Below are positions 53,276-62,766 of a stretch of 64,000 nucleotides of DNA, one piece after another. Origin of the DNA: a bacterium (GTDB lineage: Bacteria > Sysuimicrobiota > Sysuimicrobiia > Sysuimicrobiales > Segetimicrobiaceae); assembly GCA_035307565.1 (NCBI GenBank), contig DATGHZ010000013.1:37294-101293 (forward strand). The letters are read 5' to 3'. A program made the translations under genes and the position numbers. Position 1 is the first letter of the stretch. Each line of letters starts with the position of its first letter. The notes below the pieces were generated by a model that did not search any database, had not been told where the DNA came from, and saw only the letters and a list, made by a program, of their open reading frames with translations.

Positions 53276-54399
53276 CGGCCGAACCGATTTAGCGCAAACA
53301 GCTTGATCGGCAGGCCGGTCTCTCCGCGCAACGCCAGGTCGGCCAGCACCTCCCCCACGACCGGGCAGAACTTGAACCCGTGGCCCGAAAAGCCACCCGC
53401 GAAGACGACCCGCTCAAACGCGGGATGGCGGTCAATGATGAAGTGCGAATCGGGTGTATTCGAGTACATGCAGGTGGCCGTCCCGAGCAGCGCGCCGGCC
53501 GCGTCCGGGATAAAGCCGGCCAGAAACTCGTGCATACGCGCCTTCTCGTCCTCGCCCACCTCCCGCCGGATGGTCTCTGGCGTCGTGACCTCCTGAAAGA
53601 CCTGGTGAAAGGCCACCTTGACGCCCTGTCCCTCGACATAGGGAAACCCGTAGGCGTGGACATCGGCGACGTCCCAGCCGTAGATCGGCAACCGCGCCAA
53701 TTCATCCCGGTGCCCACGGGGCTCGAACCAGTACAGGACCACGCGCTCGACCCGGATCGGCAGCGCGAGACCGTGAAGCACCTGTGTCGTCCACGGGCCG
53801 GCGGTCACGACAAGGCAGCCGCCGTTGTAACTGCCGCGCGAGGTCCGCACGGTGACACCGTCGCGGTTGGCGGTCCACGACACCACGGGTTCACTCGTGC
53901 GGAGCTCGGCCCCGTGGCGCCGCGCCAGATCGACGTGCGTGGCAACACACTGCTCCGGCACGAGGATGCCGGCTTTAAATTCGTAAAGCCCCACGGTCCC
54001 GGGCCTCGGCCGGAGAACCGGGTACCGCGCCCGGATCTCCTCCGCGCTCAGAACTTCGTACGGAATGCGGTGGGTCCGCGCGCTCAACTCCGCGCCGACG
54101 ATGTGCGGGACTTCAGGAACGCCGACGTAGAGGGCCCCGGTCGTCCGGAGCAGCGGCGTGCCGGCCTCGCGTTCCAGCGCATGCCATAGCTCGTACGCGC
54201 GCAGCAGCAGCGGCACGTAGTCCGGACCCTCATAGTACGCCTGGCGGATGACCCGCGTTTTGCCGTGGGACGATCCCTGATCGTGCGCGATTCCGAACTG
54301 CTCGAGGCCGAGCACACGAGCACCGCGCCGGGCGAGATGGTAGGCCGCGGCGCTGCCCATGCCCCCGAGTCCCACCACGACGACGTCGTAACCGGTCAT
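53248..54399 (-). CDS. FAD-dependent monomeric sarcosine oxidase / N-methyltryptophan oxidase-like
   Basis: ORF 53248..54423. Contains the YDVVVVGLGGMGSAAAY dinucleotide fold, SSHGKTRVIRQAY and GFSGHGFKFCPVVGE (the covalent-FAD Cys region). I prefer ATG 54399. Confidence 0.8.
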   Translation of the reverse strand: MTGYDVVVVGLGGMGSAAAYHLARRGARVLGLEQFGIAHDQGSSHGKTRVIRQAYYEGPDYVPLLLRAYELWHALEREAGTPLLRTTGALYVGVPEVPHIVGAELSARTHRIPYEVLSAEEIRARYPVLRPRPGTVGLYEFKAGILVPEQCVATHVDLARRHGAELRTSEPVVSWTANRDGVTVRTSRGSYNGGCLVVTAGPWTTQVLHGLALPIRVERVVLYWFEPRGHRDELARLPIYGWDVADVHAYGFPYVEGQGVKVAFHQVFQEVTTPETIRREVGEDEKARMHEFLAGFIPDAAGALLGTATCMYSNTPDSHFIIDRHPAFERVVFAGGFSGHGFKFCPVVGEVLADLALRGETGLPIKLFALNRFGRYGSSPRVM

Positions 54400-54435
54400 C
54401 GGCTTGATCGTCGATAAGGACAATCCGTCCGTTCC

Positions 54436-56544
54436 CTAATCGCTTCGTGCAGCACGGCCGCCTTTTGGTGCTTTCAGGGCCTCATCTAAAAGAGCGAGGA
54501 ACCGCTTCACGTCGAGGGGCTTGGTCAAATACTGCCATGCACCGGCCGCGAGCAGCCGTGCAATCCGACTCGGGGTCGCGTCGGCACTAATCACGACCAC
54601 CGGGACATTCTGAGTGTCGGGCGCTGCCTGCAGGCGGCGTAAGACCTCGTCCCCGGGGATGTCGGGCAGGTGCAGGTCCAACAGGATCAGATCGGGATGG
54701 TGCCGGCGGGCCAAGTCAAAACCGAGCTGCCCTTGCATGGCCGGAAGGAGTCGCACCCCCGGCCGGCGGGTCAAGAGACGCTGGATGAGTTCGAGATTGG
54801 ACAGGTTATCCTCGACGTAGAGCACGGTGGCGATGTCGGAGGAAGCATCGAGCCCATCCGCGCCGGGCTCTTCCGGCTGGTGCGGCGTCAGCCGCGCCAG
54901 CGGCCCCTTCACCACAGGGAATTCCGCCCAAAAAGTGCTGCCCTTACCCACGGTGCTCTCCACGCCCAGCGTGCCTCCCATCGCCTCGACCAGACGCTTG
55001 GAGAGCGCCAGGCCGAGGCCCGTGCCCTCGGTGCTCGTCCGCTCAGCCCCCAGGCGCTCGAAGGGTATGAAGAGCCGCTCCATCTTGTCCGGGGGGATGC
55101 CCGGGCCGGTGTCGCTCACTTCGATCCGCAGCCGGCCCGCCGGGGTTTCCTCATAGCCAAGAGTGACAATGCCTCCCCTGTGATTGTACTTGATCGCGTT
55201 GGAGAGGAAGTTCAGCAACACCTGCTTCAATCGCTGAGCATCGGCGAGGATGTAGCGCTCGGGTGGACTGGGCCCGCCGCCGTTGAGCTGGACGTTCATC
55301 TCAGCGGCCACGGGCCGCATCAGGTCGAGGACTCCCTCCACTGCCTCTCGCGTCGCGACCGGCTCCAGTGAGATGGCAAGCCGCCCCGCCTCGATGCGCG
55401 CGATGTCGAGTACCTCATTGATCAACTCGAGAAGGTAGCGCCCTCCCTTCAGGATATATTCCAAGTTTTCGCTCTGCTGGGAGCTCAGGGAATCCATCCC
55501 CAAAAGCTGGGCGAAGCCCAGGATGGCATTGAGCGGCGTGCGCAGCTCGTGGCTCATGCGTGAGAGAAACTCGCTTTTCGCCTGGTTCGCCCGCTCGGCT
55601 TCCAACTTCGCCTCTTTGATCGCCGCCTCGGCCGCCCGGCGGTCGGTGACATCCCGGTCGTAGCCGAAGATCGAGGCCGGCGCGCCCGACTGATCGTACT
55701 CGACGCGGAATATCGAGTGCATCCAGCGATAGCTCCCGTCCTTGTGCCGGATGCGGCCTTCCTGGTCGAACTGCGTCCTCCGCTCCCGCAGCGCCGCCGC
55801 GGTGGTCGCGCGGAGCCTTTCCCGGTCTTCGGGGTGGAGGTGGGCTTCCCAGAACCCGGAGACGCCCAGCACTTCCTCCGGCCTGTAGCCGAGGATCCGC
55901 TCGATATTCGGGCTGATGTAGGTCATCGCCCGGGTCGGGGTGTCCACGCCGTCGAGTTTGAAGATAACGGACGGGCCTTGGGTGACCAGGGTTTCGAGGA
56001 AGGCCTTCGCCTCTCTCAGCTCCGCGGTTTGTTCGAGGACCCGCTGTTCAAGCTGGGCATTGAGCGCGTGAAAACTCTTGGCGCTCTCACGGGCTTCCTG
56101 TTCTGCTTGCTTGCGTTGTGTGATATCCCACGCCACCACCAAACTTGCTCTGCGACCGGCGAAGTCTAGGATGTGCGAGGTGATTTGGACATCGATGATT
56201 CGTGCGTCCTTGCGGCGATGTCGCCATTCGCCGGATGCCTGGAGCGGGGGGCGAGTTCTCTCGATGTTTGCGAGCAGACGAGGCACATCCTCGGAGGGCC
56301 GGATATCGGCAATACGCATCGCCAGGAATTCTGCGCGCGAGTAGCCATATTGAGCGATTGCGGCTTCGTTGACCTCCAGGAATTGCAGCGTTTCCAGATC
56401 ATAGACCCACATCGGAAGCGGGTTATTCGCGAACATCACTTGGAAGGCCGATTGAAGAGCGGCGTTGTGCGGCGCCTCCGCAAACGTAGCGCGGGGTCGT
56501 TTTCGGGGAGAGTCGCCCGGCCGGCCCAAAGGCAATATTCCCAC
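54436..56544 (-). CDS. Hybrid sensor histidine kinase / response regulator with PAS domains
   Basis: ORF 54436..56544. It has two PAS-like segments, the HisKA motif FLSRMSHELRTPLNAI, the HATPase regions NAIKYN...DTGPGI...GTGLGL, and a C-terminal REC domain (VLYVEDN...ILLDLHLPD...K). Confidence 0.85.
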   Translation of the reverse strand: MGILPLGRPGDSPRKRPRATFAEAPHNAALQSAFQVMFANNPLPMWVYDLETLQFLEVNEAAIAQYGYSRAEFLAMRIADIRPSEDVPRLLANIERTRPPLQASGEWRHRRKDARIIDVQITSHILDFAGRRASLVVAWDITQRKQAEQEARESAKSFHALNAQLEQRVLEQTAELREAKAFLETLVTQGPSVIFKLDGVDTPTRAMTYISPNIERILGYRPEEVLGVSGFWEAHLHPEDRERLRATTAAALRERRTQFDQEGRIRHKDGSYRWMHSIFRVEYDQSGAPASIFGYDRDVTDRRAAEAAIKEAKLEAERANQAKSEFLSRMSHELRTPLNAILGFAQLLGMDSLSSQQSENLEYILKGGRYLLELINEVLDIARIEAGRLAISLEPVATREAVEGVLDLMRPVAAEMNVQLNGGGPSPPERYILADAQRLKQVLLNFLSNAIKYNHRGGIVTLGYEETPAGRLRIEVSDTGPGIPPDKMERLFIPFERLGAERTSTEGTGLGLALSKRLVEAMGGTLGVESTVGKGSTFWAEFPVVKGPLARLTPHQPEEPGADGLDASSDIATVLYVEDNLSNLELIQRLLTRRPGVRLLPAMQGQLGFDLARRHHPDLILLDLHLPDIPGDEVLRRLQAAPDTQNVPVVVISADATPSRIARLLAAGAWQYLTKPLDVKRFLALLDEALKAPKGGRAARSD

Positions 56545-56751
56545 GTACTCGCCTCCCCTCGGGGCAGACGGACGTCCCGGCTATCCGACGTGTACGGTAC
56601 CCCCGCGTATCTCATTTGAGACCTATCAATTTGTCGACACCGAGTAGAATTTGACCCACGACCCAAGGTTGCAAAGAATACCGGTTCACAAGACGCGCCA
56701 CGGATTTCAGATTCGGTATCGCGGCCCACCAATTAGTATGGCAATATTAGA

Positions 56752-56937
56752 TTGCACAGATTGCAGTACATTTGGGGAGAACTTTATTTATGGCTCCTCG
56801 GGCGAGGTATCGTACCTGCGCATCAAATTCGGACGATATCGAAGCAACGGGTGCTCGCCGTGTTTGGGTATCTAGAAGACCCTTCCATCCGGCAGCGGGT
56901 GCGAGAAGCCCTGCGCGTACACTTGGATCTCGACTAA
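56752..56937 (+). pseudogene. Internally deleted remnant of a MazF/PemK-type toxin gene
   Basis: The ORF ends ...VPAHQIRTISKQRVLAVFGYLEDPSIRQRVREALRVHLDLD. Compare the Bacillus EndoA C-terminus [45 protein letters not shown] resembles the RGD(V/I)Y N-terminal strand. About 55 central codons are missing. It lies in an AT-rich patch. Confidence 0.45.
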
Positions 56938-57020
56938 CGAGAAGGCACAGGACAGCCTAGGGGCGTGCGCGGATAATCGTTCGCCCTATCTCTCAACTCA
57001 TTCGGAGAATAGGAAGGCCA

Positions 57021-57467
57021 TTATGATTGACGCCCCAGCCGTCGGGACCGCCGGAACGCCGTCCGACCGACAATAGTCATTAGTCCCCCGACAAACGCCG
57101 TCAGGGTCCACGGCAGCCCAAACGCGAGCACCAGCACGACGCCGGTCTCCGACGGCAACTGCGCGCCCTGAAGCGCCCCGATTAACCGGTCGGCGCCGAT
57201 CCGTGCCCAGACCGCCGCGACGGCGGCGGGCAGACCGAAGCGCGCCATCGGCGGCGCGACCCACGCCGCGACGAGGCCGGCGACACCAGGAGAGACCACC
57301 GGCAGCCACAGCAATATGTCCCCCAGGGGGCCCGAAGGACGGCCGTTGAGCGACGAGCCGGACCCGGCGCTCAACGCATCGATCACCTCGAAGAGCGCCG
57401 CCCCGACCGCGACGGCGAAGAACCATCCCGCAGCGGTCCACCCGCGCGTGCGCGGCCGAACGGTCAT
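57021..57467 (-). CDS. Hypothetical small integral membrane protein (about 4 TM)
   Basis: ORF 57021..57467. It has four hydrophobic stretches and G/C-rich third codon positions. I recognise no family. Confidence 0.5.
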   Translation of the reverse strand: MTVRPRTRGWTAAGWFFAVAVGAALFEVIDALSAGSGSSLNGRPSGPLGDILLWLPVVSPGVAGLVAAWVAPPMARFGLPAAVAAVWARIGADRLIGALQGAQLPSETGVVLVLAFGLPWTLTAFVGGLMTIVGRTAFRRSRRLGRQS

Positions 57468-57506
57468 CGCGGGACGTTTGACCCGGGGCCCGCGGCTGTG
57501 GCCCGA

Positions 57507-58373
57507 TTACGGAGTATCGCTTTCGAGTTCGGTGAAATGGGCGTGCGTGGCGCCTTCGGCGATGAACCGGCGCGTCTTGTAAAGGATCGTCACGCGGTCC
57601 GCGGTAAGCGTGCCCTGCCGCCGGATCACCTGCACGTGTTCGGAGAAGACGGCGTTCGATTTCGCGAAGTCGACCTGCGCGAGGCCGCCGGTGATGGTCG
57701 CCCCGTAGACTTCCGCCGTGACGGGCCCGTGGACTGTGGCCTGCTGTCTTTGCTGAAAGAACTCTACCGAATCGCCCAGGATCCGCCCGAGGCGGTTGGA
57801 GGCGACGACGTGTCCGCTCACGACCCCGTAGTGATCGCTCTGCGTATACACGACGCGATCACCGTTCACGATCAGGTCGGGCGCGGCGAACAGCGTGATG
57901 TGGCCGTCCGCCACCAAGCGGCCGGAAGCGCGGTCGGCGACGATGTGGTCGCCCTGCAGCGCGTAATCCTTGGTCTCGGCGCTGGCCGCCCCCGCCATCG
58001 TGATCCGGCTGATCTGGTTCGCGGCGGTGAACGCGATCGTGACGGCGTCGCCGGCCGCCTTGCCTTGCGGATCCGTGATCACGGCATTGCCGGTAAATTC
58101 CGCGGTCCGCTCCGCGCGGCGAAGACGCAGCATGTTCGCCGTTGCCACGCCGGCCGCGTAGGTAAGCCGGACATGTCCGCGGGCCGTCAGTTGCGTTCCG
58201 GTATTGTCCACCGTGAGTTCGTCGGCGGTCACGTTGAGGGGGCCTTGCAGCGCCGGCAGCGGCGCCGCCGAGGAGGGCGCCGCGGGGGCTGCGCCTTCCG
58301 CACGCATCGGCGGCGGCATGCCCGGTGCGCCGAAGGCGGACAGCAGGGCCGCCGCCAGCACCGCCGCGCACAT
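57507..58373 (-). CDS. OstA/LptA-family periplasmic protein with several OstA-like repeats
   Basis: ORF 57507..58412. It has a signal peptide MCAAVLAAALLSAFGAPG. Repeated segments include LNVTADELTVDNTGTQLTARGHVRLTY, AEFTGNAVITDPQG and ASGRLVADGHITLF. The start is ATG 58373 or TTG 58412. Confidence 0.65.
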   Translation of the reverse strand: MCAAVLAAALLSAFGAPGMPPPMRAEGAAPAAPSSAAPLPALQGPLNVTADELTVDNTGTQLTARGHVRLTYAAGVATANMLRLRRAERTAEFTGNAVITDPQGKAAGDAVTIAFTAANQISRITMAGAASAETKDYALQGDHIVADRASGRLVADGHITLFAAPDLIVNGDRVVYTQSDHYGVVSGHVVASNRLGRILGDSVEFFQQRQQATVHGPVTAEVYGATITGGLAQVDFAKSNAVFSEHVQVIRRQGTLTADRVTILYKTRRFIAEGATHAHFTELESDTP

Positions 58374-58408
58374 TTCGAGACCGGGGCGCGTCAAGCCCGG
58401 CCCACCCC

Positions 58409-59095
58409 TCAACCGCGGCCTGCCTGCCCGCCGCCTGGAGAACGGTCCGCGCCGGTCACATCACGGCACGACGCGCAATAGCCGTAGAACTCGACACGGT
58501 GGCTGACGACGCCGAACGCGGGGTCGGTCAGCCCCGTCTGCTCTCGCTCAAGCACCTCGGCGACCCGGCCCTGCGGCAAATCCACCACCGCGCCACACCG
58601 GAGACACGTGCCGTGATAGTGGGGCTGCGGGTTGGCGCAGAACACGGCCCGCCCGTCGCCGTAGGTCAACCGCCGGACAATGCCGAGGCGGCCAAGCAGT
58701 TCGAGCGTGCGGTACGTCGTCGCCAGGTTGACGGTCGGGCACAGGACGCGGGCGCGGCGACAGACATCCTCCGCCGGCACGTTGATACGCCCGGTGCTGA
58801 GCAGACTTTGAAGAATCGCCAGACGCTGCGGCGTGGCGCGGTACCCTTGCCGCTCGAGGGCCCGGAGATGCGCGGCGATGCTTCCCGGCTCGTGGCGCCG
58901 CCGCGTCGCGGCACCGCCCCGGCCCGCGCGGCCTTGTCCCGGACGGTGCCGGCCGCTCGTCGTAAGGGCGGCCGGTCGCGCGCCGATCTTGTTGGACCCG
59001 ATCCCGTCTGAGGCGGGACGGTCTCCCGCAGAGGCGGGACGGGCCTGCGGGATGCGCTGGCCCGCCGCTGGGATGCGCGGGTCCGCGGTGGCCAT
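58409..59095 (-). CDS. Fur-family metalloregulator with an ~85-aa Arg/Gly/Pro-rich N-terminal extension
   Basis: C-terminal 228 aa of ORF 58409..59836. RATPQRLAILQSL...TTYRTLELLGRLGIVRR (winged helix) is followed by HYHGTCLRCG...YGYCASC (two CxxC pairs). There is no ATG, GTG or TTG in frame between ATG 59095 and the Fur domain. Confidence 0.7.
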   Translation of the reverse strand: MATADPRIPAAGQRIPQARPASAGDRPASDGIGSNKIGARPAALTTSGRHRPGQGRAGRGGAATRRRHEPGSIAAHLRALERQGYRATPQRLAILQSLLSTGRINVPAEDVCRRARVLCPTVNLATTYRTLELLGRLGIVRRLTYGDGRAVFCANPQPHYHGTCLRCGAVVDLPQGRVAEVLEREQTGLTDPAFGVVSHRVEFYGYCASCRDVTGADRSPGGGQAGRG

Positions 59096-59112
59096 GTCCG
59101 GCGCCGCCAGGT

Positions 59113-59982
59113 CTAAAAGAACTCTCGCCGCAGCGTGTCCGCCTGGGCGCTCGTGAGCGGCGCTAGCGTGCGCGTTGCGACCGGGCCGACTTTGAGCTCG
59201 GTGACCTGGTCTTCGTATGTCGGCTCGCCCTGCGCTTGGTAGAGAATGCCGATCGGGATCCGCTCGTCCCATTCCTGGGCCTTGTGCCACGCCGCGGTCC
59301 GGTCGGCCGGATCGTGGCCGGCTTCCTCGAGCTTGTAGACACGCTCGCGGTAGTAGTCGTACGTGTTGATCTTGTTGTAGATGACGCACGGCTGCAGCAC
59401 GTCGACCAGCGCGTAGCCCTTGTGATGAATCGCCGCCATGATGAGTTTGGCGAGGTGCTTGGGGTCGCCGGAGAACCCGCGCGCAACAAAGGTGGCTCCG
59501 CCGTTGATCGCGGTCGACAGCGGGTTGAACGCGACTTCGATGCTGCCCTCCGGCGTGGTGCTGGTCTGGAAGCCGCGCGGGCTCGTGGGCGCGTACTGCC
59601 CCTTGGTGAGGCCGTAGACCATGTTGTTCTCTGCGATATGGACGATATCGGGATTGCGGCGCATGATGTTCATAAAGTGGTTGCCGCCGATCCCGTAGCC
59701 GTCCCCGTCGCCGGTGACCGCGATGACGTGCAGCGCGTGATTGCCGAGCTTCGCGCCCATCGCGATCGGGAGCGCCCGCCCGTGAATCGTCGTGAAGGCG
59801 TTCGCGTTGAGGTAGTCGGGCAGCTTGCTGCCGCACCCGATGCCGGAGAAAAACATCACTTCATGCGGCCGGATCTCGAGCTGCGCGAGCGCGCTCTTCA
59901 CGGCGCTCAGGATGCCGTAGTCCCCGCACCCGGGGCACCACGTGACCTTGATGGAGTTGTTGTAGAGTTTCTGATCAAGCAT
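59113..59982 (-). CDS. korB: 2-oxoacid:ferredoxin oxidoreductase, beta (ThDP-binding) subunit
   Basis: ORF 59113..59982. Contains WCPGCGDYGIL, GIGCGSK and VTGDGDGYGIGGNH (the ThDP GDG motif). Confidence 0.9.
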   Translation of the reverse strand: MLDQKLYNNSIKVTWCPGCGDYGILSAVKSALAQLEIRPHEVMFFSGIGCGSKLPDYLNANAFTTIHGRALPIAMGAKLGNHALHVIAVTGDGDGYGIGGNHFMNIMRRNPDIVHIAENNMVYGLTKGQYAPTSPRGFQTSTTPEGSIEVAFNPLSTAINGGATFVARGFSGDPKHLAKLIMAAIHHKGYALVDVLQPCVIYNKINTYDYYRERVYKLEEAGHDPADRTAAWHKAQEWDERIPIGILYQAQGEPTYEDQVTELKVGPVATRTLAPLTSAQADTLRREFF

Positions 59983-61741
59983 GGACCTTGGCCTCCTCGA
60001 GCTGCGCCAGGATATACTCCGGGGACACCGGCCGGCCGTCCCACCGGAGGATCATACGGTCGGCTTTGCGGCCGGTCATCGCCCGCACGAGCTGCGCGAA
60101 CTGGCCGGTCTGGTTGCCTTCCACCGCGATCAATTGCCGCGCCGCCTCGATGAGCGGCGCCGCCTTGGCCTCCGGGAAGGGCCAGATATCGACGAAGTGC
60201 AGCATGTTCGCACGGCGGCCCTTGGCGTTCAGCAGATCGACCGCCTCGCGCATCGCGCCGTATGTGGCGCCCCAGCCCATGAGCGTGATCTCCGCCCCTT
60301 CGGGACCGTAGATGGCCGGCGCGCGGAGGTCTTCGACGATGTTGTGGAACTTGCGCATGCGCTTGCCCGCCATGCGGAGCCGGTTGGCCGCGTCTTCGTC
60401 TTCGAAATGGCCGTACTCGTCGTGCTCGTCGCTGCAGGTCTGCTGGAGCGCCTTTGGATGTCCGGCGAGCGCGCGCGGCGAGACGCCGCTCGGCGTGTCT
60501 TTGTAGCGCAGGTACGGCTCGCTGAGCCGGTCGAGCTGCGCGGGACTGAGTAATTCGCCGCGGTCGATTCTGACCTTCTCGATCGGGAACGCCGACGGCA
60601 ACAGCGTCCGCATCGTGTTCGTGAGATAGAACTCCGTCATGACGATGACGGGGCACTGCCACTTCTCCGCGAGGTTGAACGCCCGCACCGCGGCGTCAAA
60701 ACACTCTTCCTGCGTCCCGGGCGCGAGGACGATCCGCGGGAACTCGCCCTGGCTCGCGAAGAGCGCAAACAGCAGGTCGCCCTGCTCGGTCTTGGTCGGC
60801 ATGCCGGTCGACGGACCGGGCCGCTGCGCCTCGATGATCACGACCGGTACTTCCGCCATGCCGGCGAGGCCGAGCGCTTCCGCCATCAAGGCAAATCCGC
60901 CGCCGCTCGTCGCGGTCATCGTCCGCGCGCCGACGTTGCCGGCGCCGATCGCAAAGCAGATCGCCGCGATCTCGTCTTCCGTCTGTTTGATGACGATGTC
61001 GTACTTCTTCGCGTGCGATGCCATGAACTCGAGCACCGAACTCGCCGGAGTCATGGGGTAGCCCGACATGAACCGGCAGCCCACGGCGATCGCGCCGACG
61101 GCGAGCGCCTGGTTGCCGTTGATCAGCATCCGGTCCGGCCGCTCTTTGAGCGGGCTGATCTTCCAGTCGAACGACTTGGCGTAGCGCTCTGTGGAGAGGC
61201 GGTAGCCTTCTTGGGCGACCTTGAGGTTGCCCTCAACGACGGCGTCGCCCTTGCGCTTGAAGTTGCTCCTGATGACATCGGCGATGAACTCAAACGGATA
61301 CTCGACGATCCCCGCGAGCGCGCCGAGGCCGCAGGTGTTGGCCATGATCTTGTTGCCGCCGATTTCCTGGGCGACCTTGGACAGCGGCATGCTGAAGAGC
61401 TGCGCCCCGCGGCGGACAACCGCGGCCGTGTCGACCTTGAGGCCCTCGTCGAAGATGAGCGCGCCGCCGCGGACGACGTGCGGCCCATAGTCGGTGATGG
61501 CCTCGGGGCTGAACGCCAGCAGCACCTGCACGCCTTCGTGGTGGCTCCAGAGCGGGTGCTCCGCGACGCGGATCTGGAAGAAGTTCAACCCGCCGCGGAT
61601 GCGCGACATGTATTCCGGATAGGTATGCAGCCACAGCCCGCCGTGACTGAGGGCCGCCGCGAACCCGGCACCGCCGGACTCGACGCCCTGACCGGCCTCA
61701 CCGGCAAGCCGAATCGACAAATCGTTGACGAGCCTAGCCAC
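59975..61741 (-). CDS. korA: 2-oxoacid:ferredoxin oxidoreductase, alpha subunit
   Basis: ORF 59975..61741 (GTG start, with GGGGGTGA upstream). GYPMTPAS...ATSGGGFALMAEALGLAGMAEVPVVI is typical of the KorA/PorA-gamma fused alpha subunit. Confidence 0.9.
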   Translation of the reverse strand: MARLVNDLSIRLAGEAGQGVESGGAGFAAALSHGGLWLHTYPEYMSRIRGGLNFFQIRVAEHPLWSHHEGVQVLLAFSPEAITDYGPHVVRGGALIFDEGLKVDTAAVVRRGAQLFSMPLSKVAQEIGGNKIMANTCGLGALAGIVEYPFEFIADVIRSNFKRKGDAVVEGNLKVAQEGYRLSTERYAKSFDWKISPLKERPDRMLINGNQALAVGAIAVGCRFMSGYPMTPASSVLEFMASHAKKYDIVIKQTEDEIAAICFAIGAGNVGARTMTATSGGGFALMAEALGLAGMAEVPVVIIEAQRPGPSTGMPTKTEQGDLLFALFASQGEFPRIVLAPGTQEECFDAAVRAFNLAEKWQCPVIVMTEFYLTNTMRTLLPSAFPIEKVRIDRGELLSPAQLDRLSEPYLRYKDTPSGVSPRALAGHPKALQQTCSDEHDEYGHFEDEDAANRLRMAGKRMRKFHNIVEDLRAPAIYGPEGAEITLMGWGATYGAMREAVDLLNAKGRRANMLHFVDIWPFPEAKAAPLIEAARQLIAVEGNQTGQFAQLVRAMTGRKADRMILRWDGRPVSPEYILAQLEEAKVHA

Positions 61742-61890
61742 GCTTCGTCACCCCCGTTGAAGGTCGGGCCGTCCGCCCCGGTTGCGCCGTCCTTGTGGGA
61801 CCGTGCCCCGTGGCGATCGACCCCCCGCGCGTTCTGCGGAGGCGGGACGCCTCCCGTTCTTCCCAACTACGGCGCCTGAGCGCCCCGACC

Positions 61891-62766
61891 CTAGGATTTC
61901 CGTTCTTCTTCCTGCCACATGGCGTCGAGTTTGCGGTACTTCTCCGGAAATTCCCCGGTGTACCGCAGGTACGCCGGAATCGGATAACGGATCCCGCCCC
62001 GCTGCGTCCCGCGCAGGCCTTCCACCAGTTCGGCCGCGCGGGTCCACGGAAAGGCAAACGCCATCTCGTGGTCTTCCGTCTGTCCGTAAATGCGGTCGCC
62101 GTAGCAAGGCAGGATCACCTGCGGCTCCCCGCTGTGCATCGTCTCGATGACCGCGTCGGCGCAGTCGAGACGCGCGGAAAAGCTGCTGTGCAGCCGTCCG
62201 CCCTTCCGGTAGAGCGCCGCGGCGACGAGGCGCATGACCTGGGCCGAGTTGCCGTAGACGAGGCCGACCGCCGGCTCAAACGCGGCGCGGCCGAGGGGCG
62301 CCACGAGCAGACGCTCGTATTCTCCGAGCGCGAACTTCGGGACTTCGGCTTCCGTCCGTGCCGCGGCCTCCGGACTGTCCACGTACATACCGCACGCGAG
62401 GTTCCCTTCAGCGTAGTACGGCAGTACGGGCTCGAAGCCGAACGCCGTCTTGGCGAGCGGGCAGCTCAGGTCGTCGCGGCCCACGGCCAGGGCCCAGCCG
62501 TAGCGGCGCGCGATGGAAAACGTCTGACAGATAGCCACCTTGATGCCCATGTCGGCGGAAGGCCGGCGGACCTTGTCGGGCAGCGCCTCACCGGCGCGGA
62601 CCATCCGGATTCCGAGGGGAAAGCTCTGCGGCCGGACATGGTGCTCGATCTCGGCGTTCACCTCCGCCGGCGTCATCGCGGCTGCCGCCCCGGCGGGCGA
62701 AGCGCCCCCCCGGCCCCCCGCCGGTGCGCCGAGGTGCGGACCGCCGCCGCGCGGATCGCCGCTCAC
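61891..62766 (-). CDS. DUF169-family protein
   Basis: ORF 61891..62766. FPLGIRMV...VAICQTFSIARRYGW...SCPLAKTAFG resembles the DUF169 pattern. The start is either GTG 62766 (GTGA overlap) or ATG 62676. Confidence 0.65.
   Translation of the reverse strand: MSGDPRGGGPHLGAPAGGRGGASPAGAAAAMTPAEVNAEIEHHVRPQSFPLGIRMVRAGEALPDKVRRPSADMGIKVAICQTFSIARRYGWALAVGRDDLSCPLAKTAFGFEPVLPYYAEGNLACGMYVDSPEAAARTEAEVPKFALGEYERLLVAPLGRAAFEPAVGLVYGNSAQVMRLVAAALYRKGGRLHSSFSARLDCADAVIETMHSGEPQVILPCYGDRIYGQTEDHEMAFAFPWTRAAELVEGLRGTQRGGIRYPIPAYLRYTGEFPEKYRKLDAMWQEEERKS

Noticed and set aside
61838-61854. A perfect 7-bp hairpin, GGAGGCG-GGA-CGCCTCC, in the DUF169-korA spacer as an intrinsic terminator
   Set aside because: On the transcribed (minus) strand it is not followed by a U-run. 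The partial U-tract is on the + strand, where there is no gene. It could be an RNA-stability or processing element, but I cannot support a terminator call.
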